Assembly: GCF_000214175.1 (NCBI RefSeq)
Contig: NC_015561.1
Span: 74,746-106,745, forward strand
Direction of reading: 5' to 3'
Source: Hoyosella subflava DQS3-9A1
GTDB taxonomy: Bacteria; Actinomycetota; Actinomycetes; Mycobacteriales; Mycobacteriaceae
DNA: 32,000 nt
The notes below the pieces were generated by a model. It ran no database searches. It had not been told where the DNA came from and was given only the letters and a program-made list of their open reading frames with translations. Numbering within the stretch: position 1 is the stretch's first letter; the number at the start of each line of letters is the position of its first letter. A program made the position numbers and the translations under genes. Below are positions 25,288 to 32,000 of the stretch, in pieces.

Positions 25288-26457
25288 TTAGACCAGCTTC
25301 AGCTCGGGCCGGGTGTCACCCTGGCCCAGTAGTAGACGCAGTCTGGGGAGGTTTATCCGGAGCTCGGCGGCAAGCTCTTTGAGCGTCAGTCCGGTCGACT
25401 CGGCCATTTCCAATGCTGAACGGAGTAAGGCCGGTATCTCGCCTGGATAGCCTTGGACCGATTCGTTGACGAACAGTCCCGACGATCTGAGGGTTGCGAG
25501 TCGCTGATGGGCGCGCCGGTAGGTGGCTTCGGAGACTGCGCCGACTTCCTTACATCGGCGTAGGAGAGACTCGACTGACACGCCCCACTGCACGCTCAAC
25601 TCACCGAGTTTCTCGAAATCCAGCCGTAGCGGCAGTAGTGGCGTGATCTCCGCTCGCGGGGTCAGGAACTCTGCGGCGAACGCGTCAGCTTCTCGCTCTT
25701 GCCGTGCATCTCCGGGAAGACAGTCGCTGTGCATCAGCAAGTGCCCCAACTCGTGTGCGGCAGTAAAGCGATGGCGATACACGTCATCCGCTCGATCAGG
25801 CGTGAGTACCACGATGGGTCGTGGCAGCTTCGATGTGGAGAATGCATCGATGTTCTTGGTTGCATTACCGGCGAACGGTGCGAGCGTGACGACGATGCCG
25901 TGCTGCTCCATCATGCGGACCATGCGACTGATCCGGCCTGTGCCCAGCCCCCAATGCTGACGAAGTGCCTGTGCTGCTGTAGTGGGGTCAGTTGGGAAGT
26001 CGGTCTGTTCGACCTCGCCGGCGGAGAATCCGGGTAAATCGATTGCGGGGAATCGGACTCGCTTCTCCAGAGCGTAGGTTAGCTCCCAGACCTGTTCGGT
26101 GAATGAAACAGCTTTGTCCCTCTGGCTAACCGGGGTTCGTCGCAGGCTTCGGAAGTGCGCATCAGCGGCATCCAGACGTGCATACGGGCGACCGGCGGCG
26201 AGGAAGGCGATCGGGACGTCGAGAACCTGAGCGAGCGCCTCGATGTTGTCCGGTCGTGGTTTTGCCGTGCCGGCTTCCCACTGGCCGACGGCGACGGCGG
26301 AAACCCCGAGCTGATCTGCAAGGGCCTTCTTCGTCGCACCGGCAAGACGGCGAGCCTGTGTCAGCCTCGCCGAATCGAAGGCACCGCCGCTAAGCTCTTC
26401 TCCCACCAGATCCGTGTCCGGCACGAGATAAAGCTGACCCGACTCACGCTTACTCAA
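25288..26457 (-). CDS. Fused XRE-family HTH / ImmA-IrrE (COG2856-type) zinc metallopeptidase, 389 aa
   Basis: The N-terminal HTH is ...LTQARRLAGATKKALADQLGVSAVAVGQWEAGTAKPRPDNIEALAQVLDVPIAFL. The peptidase core is ...RFTAAHELGHLLMH...EREADAFAAEFLTP, with HELGH at nt 25741-25755. TTG 26457 overlaps the stop of the upstream gene (TTGA). Confidence 0.85.
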   Translation of the reverse strand: MSKRESGQLYLVPDTDLVGEELSGGAFDSARLTQARRLAGATKKALADQLGVSAVAVGQWEAGTAKPRPDNIEALAQVLDVPIAFLAAGRPYARLDAADAHFRSLRRTPVSQRDKAVSFTEQVWELTYALEKRVRFPAIDLPGFSAGEVEQTDFPTDPTTAAQALRQHWGLGTGRISRMVRMMEQHGIVVTLAPFAGNATKNIDAFSTSKLPRPIVVLTPDRADDVYRHRFTAAHELGHLLMHSDCLPGDARQEREADAFAAEFLTPRAEITPLLPLRLDFEKLGELSVQWGVSVESLLRRCKEVGAVSEATYRRAHQRLATLRSSGLFVNESVQGYPGEIPALLRSALEMAESTGLTLKELAAELRINLPRLRLLLGQGDTRPELKLV

Positions 26458-27269
26458 CTGTCCTCGCTACCCGTGTTCTGTTCATCAGCGTCCTGCTGCT
26501 CCTCCGAGGAGACCTGTTCGTCCGGGCTGCGTATGGACAGATCGAACCCATTTTCGTGCTCGGCGTCCGCGTCGAACCGATCGAGGGACTTGTCATCGTG
26601 GCCGATCACTTTCAGTGTCGGGGCGATTGTTTCGAGGTTCTTTATCGAGTACGGACCTCGGGTCCATGCCAGCTCGCCGGTGTCTTCGTTTACCAGTTCC
26701 GCGTCACCCCAGCCGAAATCGAAAAGACCGTCCGGGGAGGCAGATACCCAGAGCATTACCGTGCGGCCCTTTGCACGTGACATCTGCTCTCGGAACTGCT
26801 CGTCCTCGATGAAATGCTGCTCAAGTTCCTCCTCGGTCATCATTGCGTGCTCGAACGTCATTTGAGGTTCGGCGGACGACGGAGAGAGCGTCATCAGGTG
26901 CGCCTGCAGGCGCGAGGTCTTCCGGAGTTTTGCCTCGGAAATGGGCGTCTTGCCATCGCCGGGCACGCGCCACCAGTACAGGACGACGCCGGTTTGCTGG
27001 ATTACAGGGAGGTCGAACCGGGTGTGTTGCCCCTCGGGCTTAGCAGCTATGATGCCGGGTACACCTTTGAGTTCCCTGAGTAGACCGCGATTCAGATTTA
27101 CACGCAGGGCATTCGAGTAGGCGTCCCGGTCGGGCCAGCCCTGCTCGACATGTGCGCGCAGGGCTGCATCCTGAGCCTCGTTAACTGTCTTGATAAACGC
27201 GTTTCGGATGAACGGAGCGGCGTCGCCAAAACGTTCGATTTCATAGTCGGAAAACTCAGTATGTCTCAA
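26454..27269 (-). CDS. Hypothetical protein with a strongly acidic C-terminal tail (271 aa)
   Basis: ORF track. TTG 27269 lies 4 nt after GGTGG. I recognise no motif. The C-terminus reads ...DADAEHENGFDLSIRSPDEQVSSEEQQDADEQNTGSEDS. It is translationally coupled to the XRE-ImmA gene. Confidence 0.7.
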   Translation of the reverse strand: MRHTEFSDYEIERFGDAAPFIRNAFIKTVNEAQDAALRAHVEQGWPDRDAYSNALRVNLNRGLLRELKGVPGIIAAKPEGQHTRFDLPVIQQTGVVLYWWRVPGDGKTPISEAKLRKTSRLQAHLMTLSPSSAEPQMTFEHAMMTEEELEQHFIEDEQFREQMSRAKGRTVMLWVSASPDGLFDFGWGDAELVNEDTGELAWTRGPYSIKNLETIAPTLKVIGHDDKSLDRFDADAEHENGFDLSIRSPDEQVSSEEQQDADEQNTGSEDS

Positions 27270-27422
27270 CTTTCCACCCCTACAGGCTTAGTTGATCCAC
27301 CCACTCGGGGAGGTTTACTTTACTTTATCACACAATTCGATCACTACGTCGGCATTCCAGTTCGGGATTCGGGCTAGCCCTACGACCTGGCAGTCCTGTC
27401 CGATTAGACATCGCCTAGATGT

Positions 27423-27969
27423 ATGAGGACACCTGCATTCATTGTGGCGCCTCCGACTGAAGATCTAACCTGCTGGCACCCCGCGCCATGCCGGGCCAGA
27501 GCAACGTCAATGATGAGCTGGCAGACAGCCGATGGCGTACATGAGGGATATGCTGCGATTGAGGTCGCGGGCAGGCGGTTAGTGACCGCGTTCCAGGGCG
27601 ACAGCCTCATCCTTGACGACGAGAACACGGCGGACGTCTCGGCGACAGTTGGGTGGCTGGCACGGTGCACTTGCGGCCCGTTGATGATCGAGCACCTGAC
27701 GGACCGCTACGTTGCCTCAAGCCCCACCAGGTGTATGAGCCCGAAGGCAACCCGCGCCCAAGTGCGTGGAGGACACCTGTCACACCGAGTGGCTTGACCA
27801 TGTCCGGCCGGCCAATCTTGAGCGGCGCGGCGGCCGCCGAGGTGGCGGAAGCGTCCGATCATAGGCTCGACGAAGCCATGGCAGCCGCCCCTGGAACACG
27901 GGATCGTCTTGGTCGGACATTGGCGAAGCCGTCGGAATCAGCAGGCTACGGGCTACGGTAGGTCCGTGA
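27423..27969 (+). pseudogene. Multiply frameshifted gene (Cys-motif N-domain plus C-terminal HTH family) abutting gajA
   Basis: Sensible peptide blocks appear in order but in alternating frames. These are ...IEVAGRRLVTAFQGDSLILDDENTADVSATVGWLARCTCG (frame of 27423), HQVYEPEGNPRPS (27725-27763), VEDTCHTEWLDHVRP (27766-27810), AAAAEVAEASDHRLDEAMAAA (27827-27889) and GSSWSDIGEAVGISR (27901-27945). The last frame ends at TGA 27967-27969, overlapping the gajA GTG. At least four frame switches are needed. Confidence 0.35.
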
Positions 27970-29654
27970 GATTGAGCCGAATCGCGGTCAAGAACTTCCG
28001 CAATCTTGTCGACATCGACGTACCCCTGACCCGCCACACTGTGATCGTTGGCGAGAATCGGTCAGGCAAGAGCAACCTGTTGCACGCGATGCGCCTTGTT
28101 CTCGACAACACGCTTTCCGGCGACCACCGACGGTTACGGCCGGAGGACTTCTGGGATGGCCTCACGACCGCAGACGGAGATCCGACCGCCAGCGGCGAGA
28201 CCGTTGAGGTGTCCCTAGACGTCACGAATTTCGAAGACGAAGCTTCCGTGGTCGCAACTCTCGGCGATGCCCTCGTGACTGGAAGTCCGTTGACCGCCAG
28301 ACTCACCTATCGGTGGGAGCCCGATCCGTTGGTTAATGAGGACGTGGTCTACCGAGCGCGCCTGTACGGAGGCCTCGACGAACAGCCCATTTCCTCCGGA
28401 GACGTGCGTGATCGTCTGATCACTGTGTTCATGCACGCCCTCCGGGATGTCGAGAGCGACGTCAAGAGCTGGCGCCGATCACCGCTTCGAGCGCTTCTCG
28501 AAGCGGCGTCCCAGAACGCAGCCCCTGCCGACCTCGAAAATGTCCACAAGGCGATGAAGGCAGCAAACGACTCTCTGAACAATCTGGGCCCGCTCGTCAC
28601 GCTGAGTAACGACATCTCCGCCAGCACCGCAGCCGCCGTCGGGGCGAATCAGGGGCTGGAAGCGACCTTGGCCGCGGCACCGCCGGACCCGCGAAGGCTC
28701 ATACGGGCAATGCAACTGTTCGTCGACGGCAACGCTCAACGGCAATTAACCGGCACGAGTCTTGGGGCATTGAACGTTCTGTACTTCTCGCTACTTGAGC
28801 TGCAGCTCAAGCAACGATTGGAGAGTTCGGAGGTCGCGCATGTACTACTTGCCATCGAAGAGCCTGAGGCGCACCTGCATCCGCATCTCCAGCGGCTGCT
28901 GTTCAAACACCTGCAGCAGGATGACGTCAATCGGTCCACAATCGTCACTACCCATTCGCCGCACATCGCGAGCGCGACCTCAGCGCGGAACCTGGTCATG
29001 CTGCGCGCGACACCCGACGGTACCGTTGCACACGCTGCTGCCGAGGCGGACTTGACCCAGGACGAGTGGGACGACATCGACCGGTATCTGGACGCGACTC
29101 GCTCGGAGCTGGTCTTCGCTCGACGGGTGTTGCTCGTCGAGGGCGTGGCCGAGCAGCTCATGGTCCCCTCCCTCGCACGCACGATCGACGTGGACCTGGA
29201 CAAGGTCGGTATTTCTGTGTGCGCCATCGGCGGAACCCACTTCACCGCCTACATCAAGCTGTGCAAGGCGCTGGGAATCCCCTGGGCTGTACTGACCGAC
29301 GGTGACCCCACCATCAAGGTCACCGGTGCTCGCCGCAAGCAGCTGCTGGAACAGGGAATCGGTGCGGACACGGACGCCATCTTCGTCGGCGCGACCACGT
29401 TCGAGCACGACATCATCGTGGCATCGGACTCAAACCGCTCCGCGATCGTCGCGGTGCTGACCGACCTTCTCGACGACACTGAGGACATCCGAACTGTGAA
29501 AACCTGGGAGCAAGCGACTCCGGAGGTGAAGGAGTTCCTCGACATGATCTCTACGATCGGCGGCAAGGGACGATTCGCTCAAAGGCTGGCGAACACGCAA
29601 CTTAGCCCGCCAGCACATCTTGCAGCTGCACTCAAGTATCTGTTGGAGCAGTAA
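27966..29654 (+). CDS. gajA: Gabija GajA: OLD-family ABC-type ATPase + TOPRIM nuclease (562 aa)
   Basis: GTG 27966 gives the family-typical N-terminus (V)RLSRIAVKNFRNL; the tracked TTG 27909 is less likely. Walker A GENRSGKSN is at 28050-28076, and the Walker B/D-loop is ...VLLAIEEPEAHLHPHLQ... The TOPRIM region includes ...RRVLLVEGVAEQLMVPSL... and ...WAVLTDGD... Confidence 0.85.
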   Translation: MRLSRIAVKNFRNLVDIDVPLTRHTVIVGENRSGKSNLLHAMRLVLDNTLSGDHRRLRPEDFWDGLTTADGDPTASGETVEVSLDVTNFEDEASVVATLGDALVTGSPLTARLTYRWEPDPLVNEDVVYRARLYGGLDEQPISSGDVRDRLITVFMHALRDVESDVKSWRRSPLRALLEAASQNAAPADLENVHKAMKAANDSLNNLGPLVTLSNDISASTAAAVGANQGLEATLAAAPPDPRRLIRAMQLFVDGNAQRQLTGTSLGALNVLYFSLLELQLKQRLESSEVAHVLLAIEEPEAHLHPHLQRLLFKHLQQDDVNRSTIVTTHSPHIASATSARNLVMLRATPDGTVAHAAAEADLTQDEWDDIDRYLDATRSELVFARRVLLVEGVAEQLMVPSLARTIDVDLDKVGISVCAIGGTHFTAYIKLCKALGIPWAVLTDGDPTIKVTGARRKQLLEQGIGADTDAIFVGATTFEHDIIVASDSNRSAIVAVLTDLLDDTEDIRTVKTWEQATPEVKEFLDMISTIGGKGRFAQRLANTQLSPPAHLAAALKYLLEQ

Positions 29655-29657
29655 GCC

Positions 29658-31415
29658 ATGACGGGCCTGCGGCGGGCGATAGCCGAGCTGGAGACAAACC
29701 CCAGACAGCGGGAAGCATTCCACCATGAGGGCCACTGTGTCGTCCTCGCCCCGCCTGGCAGTGGCAAGACGAAGTTGCTGACCACGAAGGCGGTCTGGCT
29801 GGCGAACAATGCCGTCGCGCCGGATCGCGGGCTGGCTTGTATCACGCTGACGAACCCGGCCGCAGCGGAGCTGCGCACCCGAATCAGACGCCTAGGTCAA
29901 ACAGCGGGACGCACAGTCTTCGTCGGCACAGTCCACTCGTTCGCTTGGTCGCACATCATCCGGCCATTCGCTTCTGCAGCCGGGTACCCGAAATTGTCAA
30001 AGTACGCACTGGCACCACGCGGAGAGGCCAATGCCGCGATGCGAGAAGCCATCCGTCGAGTGTTCAGCTCGCACGAGGACACCCGATATGTGGACTCGAC
30101 GGTAAGGCGCCACCGCAAGCTCTGCCTGACCGAGGAAGAGTGGACCGCCACCGGCCCAGGCATTCGCGCAGTCGCCCTCGAGTACGAACGCCTATTGCGG
30201 GGCAATGACTACGTCGACTTCGACGACGTTATCGCCATGGCGGCACGCCTGGTCGAGGAGCATCTCTTCGTGAGGACGGTTCTTCACGCCCGCTACCCAT
30301 ACCTAATGGTCGATGAATACCAGGACCTCGCACCAGGACTGCACCGCATCGTCACCGCGCTCTCGTTTGATGCCGGAAACACGACGCTGTTCGCCGTCGG
30401 TGACCCGGATCAGGCCATCTACGGATGGACCGGCACTCGACCAGAACTCCTACTTGAGCTCGCCGGGCGCGAGTCTGTCCACCGGGTAGACCTGCGCATC
30501 AACTACCGATGCGGGGCACTCATCGCGGCGGCGGGACGGCGAATCCTCGGTAGCGACGGCCCCGAGGCCGTGACATCCCGAGAGGGCGGCTCCGTCACCA
30601 CCCGATGTGAACCTCGCGGATTAAGCGCACAAGCGAACTACATAGCCGGCCGGATCCTGGAGCTACAGGCAGACGAGGTCCCGCTGCACGAGATTGCCGT
30701 GCTGGCTCCCACCCACGACGACTGCGACGAGCTCGTCACCGCTCTCCGAAGTCACGACATTCCGGTGGCCTGGCGAGCAGACGCCTACTCGTCAACGCCG
30801 CTGACGACCACGCTGGAGTCGTTCGCCGCGTGGGCTTCCTGTGGCCGTGAGGACAGCGGCTACAAGCTAGGTGATCTCCTGGACCAGTGGCAGCAACTTG
30901 GCGACTGGGAGGTCCTACGAGTCGGCACCGATGACGTCGTCACCGTTCTTCTCTCTGCGGCGGCGGACACTTCCGCAGGCGAGTTCGTCGAGACCGTCAT
31001 GACGATTATGGAGTCAACGGGCGCTCTGAACGCTCTCAGGTCGGACGACGCCAACGAACTTGTCCATATGCGCGAAGCGCTGGACCCTTCCGGGGAGATG
31101 TCTCACTTTTCCGTGCGCGACCTGGGTCGCCTTCGCCTTCGTGACGGACGCGTCGAGGTATCGACAATGTCCGCAAGCAAAGGACTGGAGTTCGACCATG
31201 TCTTTATCGCGGCGTTGGAGCAGGGCAAACTGCCGTTCTTCAACTCCGCTCGCGGCTCGGCAGCGTGGAACGAGGATCGACGCAAGTTCTACGTCTCGTT
31301 CACCCGAGCACGAGAAACGGTCGAGGTTCTCTACTCTGGCTGGTACATGACCAAATGGGGATCTAGGAAGAGCAACGGACCGAGTGTGTTCCTTCGTGAA
31401 TCAGGCTTGGTTTAG
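29658..31415 (+). CDS. gajB: Gabija GajB: UvrD/PcrA-like superfamily 1 helicase (585 aa)
   Basis: ATG 29658 lies 7 nt after GGAGCAG and 3 nt after the gajA stop. ...NPRQREAFHHEGHCVVLAPPGSGKTKLL... places Walker A at 29748-29771. Further helicase motifs are ...YLMVDEYQDLAP..., ...AVGDPDQAIYGWTG..., ...NYRC... and ...STMSASKGLEFDHVFI...YVSFTRARE... Confidence 0.85.
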   Translation: MTGLRRAIAELETNPRQREAFHHEGHCVVLAPPGSGKTKLLTTKAVWLANNAVAPDRGLACITLTNPAAAELRTRIRRLGQTAGRTVFVGTVHSFAWSHIIRPFASAAGYPKLSKYALAPRGEANAAMREAIRRVFSSHEDTRYVDSTVRRHRKLCLTEEEWTATGPGIRAVALEYERLLRGNDYVDFDDVIAMAARLVEEHLFVRTVLHARYPYLMVDEYQDLAPGLHRIVTALSFDAGNTTLFAVGDPDQAIYGWTGTRPELLLELAGRESVHRVDLRINYRCGALIAAAGRRILGSDGPEAVTSREGGSVTTRCEPRGLSAQANYIAGRILELQADEVPLHEIAVLAPTHDDCDELVTALRSHDIPVAWRADAYSSTPLTTTLESFAAWASCGREDSGYKLGDLLDQWQQLGDWEVLRVGTDDVVTVLLSAAADTSAGEFVETVMTIMESTGALNALRSDDANELVHMREALDPSGEMSHFSVRDLGRLRLRDGRVEVSTMSASKGLEFDHVFIAALEQGKLPFFNSARGSAAWNEDRRKFYVSFTRARETVEVLYSGWYMTKWGSRKSNGPSVFLRESGLV

Positions 31416-31517
31416 AGGGATTAGACTGTCCCGAGGTTGGTTGACGCAATGACCTGCCCTACGGGTAGGTTTCCAAATCCGGTGATGAGTCGAGGGCCTT
31501 ACTTAAAGCCTCCGACC

Positions 31518-31598
31518 ATGCCCCGTCCCTACGCTCCGGATTCCCGTGCCCGTGCTATCGCGTTGGTTCGATCCGGCAAGCAGGTCAAGCAGACCTGA
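31518..31598 (+). pseudogene. IS3-family transposase OrfA N-terminal remnant
   Basis: ATG 31518 gives MPRPYAPDSRARAIALVRSGKQVKQT*, the typical IS3 OrfA opening (MP.PY..EFR..AV.LV..G). Weak similarity continues in another frame (..LAEFGSDEHSV..) and is then lost. A TG-initiated possible IRL (TGACCTGCCCTACGGG...) lies at about 31454. Confidence 0.45.
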
Positions 31599-31757
31599 CG
31601 GCGCTCGCTGAATTTGGATCTGACGAACATTCGGTGATTTCGTTGCGGCCCTTGACTATAAATAGCGGAAAATGCGTTTTCGGAGTAGGGGCCAGGTTCT
31701 GCCGCAGATGCCACCGGCCGGCTACCTGCACAGCGTCCGGCGCGCCGCTCCAATGTC

Positions 31758-32000
31758 TTAGAAGGCTGGCGCACGCAACCGTCTACCGCACCCCGCCCTC
31801 AACTGGCTTCGTAGCTTCTCTGAATGAGCGGTATGGCTCTCTGCAACGACTGAGCGTCGTACCTTGAACTCGAGGTCCGCCGTGCCGAAGTGTCCGATCT
31901 TGCGCACGTCTCGACTGAAACCGGGCTCAAGCTCGACGGTGTCAGAATCGACCTTCAGGAAGAACAGCAACTCATGATTGTTGGGGTGGAGGCTACACAC
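31758..32000 (-). CDS. Partial ORF (3' end only; gene begins beyond nt 32000), unknown function
   Basis: The track ORF 31758..32000 starts at a fortuitous GTG at the window edge. ...NNHELLFFLKVDSDTVELEPGFSRDVRKIGHFGTADLEFKV... looks protein-like. The Arg/Ala-rich tail (..LRAGCGRRLRAPAF*) may be out of its native frame next to the IS3 debris. Confidence 0.3.
   Translation of the reverse strand: MCSLHPNNHELLFFLKVDSDTVELEPGFSRDVRKIGHFGTADLEFKVRRSVVAESHTAHSEKLRSQLRAGCGRRLRAPAF

Noticed and set aside
27909-27965. TTG 27909 as the gajA start (tracked 581-aa ORF)
   Set aside because: The extra 19 residues (MVGHWRSRRNQQATGYGRS) overlap the pseudogene tail. OLD/AAA_15-type proteins begin right at the ..I..I.IKNFR.. 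strand, which GTG 27966 provides.
31421-31436. ATTAGACTGTCCC after gajB resembles the IS256 terminus (ATCAGACAGTCCC)
   Set aside because: Only 11 of the terminal 13 nt match. The next 20 nt inward show no similarity to the 34-bp IR, so this is probably chance.
1-32000. Search for CRISPR arrays, tRNA/rRNA genes and retron-like RT/ncRNA modules
   Set aside because: I found no regularly spaced 25-40-bp repeats, no cloverleaf-like segments or rRNA-like conserved blocks, and no reverse-transcriptase (YxDD) ORF while reading either strand.

Overview
High-GC actinobacterial-type accessory DNA (frequent GTG/TTG starts, 4-nt start/stop overlaps). It reads as an anti-phage defence island carried on mobile DNA. 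All family calls come from my own reading of the translated ORFs and their motifs; no database search was possible.

Left to right:
(i) The 5' part of a very large minus-strand plasmid/ICE-type protein that reaches an N6-adenine methyltransferase domain. It runs off the window at nt 1 and is absent from the ORF track. A 220-aa unknown lies upstream.
(ii) An intact IS256-family element (2945-4320) with imperfect 34-bp IRs and a perfect 8-bp target duplication.
(iii) A stand-alone DnaB-N-terminal-domain protein.
(iv) A two-gene cassette of two different HEPN-motif proteins: an AbiJ/Abi_C-like 282-aa protein and a 466-aa protein with an RNLCVH motif.
(v) Debris of a type ISP/YeeA-like methylase and a frameshifted small HTH gene.
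(vi) A complete type I R-M operon, hsdM (800 aa)-hsdS-hsdR, with overlapping starts, followed by a YgjP/M48-like metallopeptidase.
(vii) A Pycsar pair (class III cyclase plus small TM effector) with a 220-aa wHTH-like neighbour.
(viii) A phd/yefM-type antitoxin with vapC.
(ix) A complete IS6-family element, a possible TnsA-like remnant, an orphan DGQHR (DndB-like) gene and an inverted truncated IS6 end. Together these look like a decayed composite transposon.
(x) A toxin-first BrnT/BrnA-like pair and a serine recombinase.
(xi) An unknown 271-aa acidic-tailed protein coupled to a fused XRE-HTH/ImmA-IrrE peptidase.
(xii) A multiply frameshifted pseudogene abutting a Gabija pair (gajA OLD-type ATPase/TOPRIM plus gajB UvrD-like helicase).
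(xiii) An IS3-family orfA remnant and a partial ORF at the right edge.

Best candidates for something undescribed: the HEPN-HEPN cassette (5300-7584), the 271-aa/XRE-ImmA pair (25288-27269), and the IS6-captured orphan DGQHR gene (21441-22724). I saw no rRNA, tRNA or CRISPR array.
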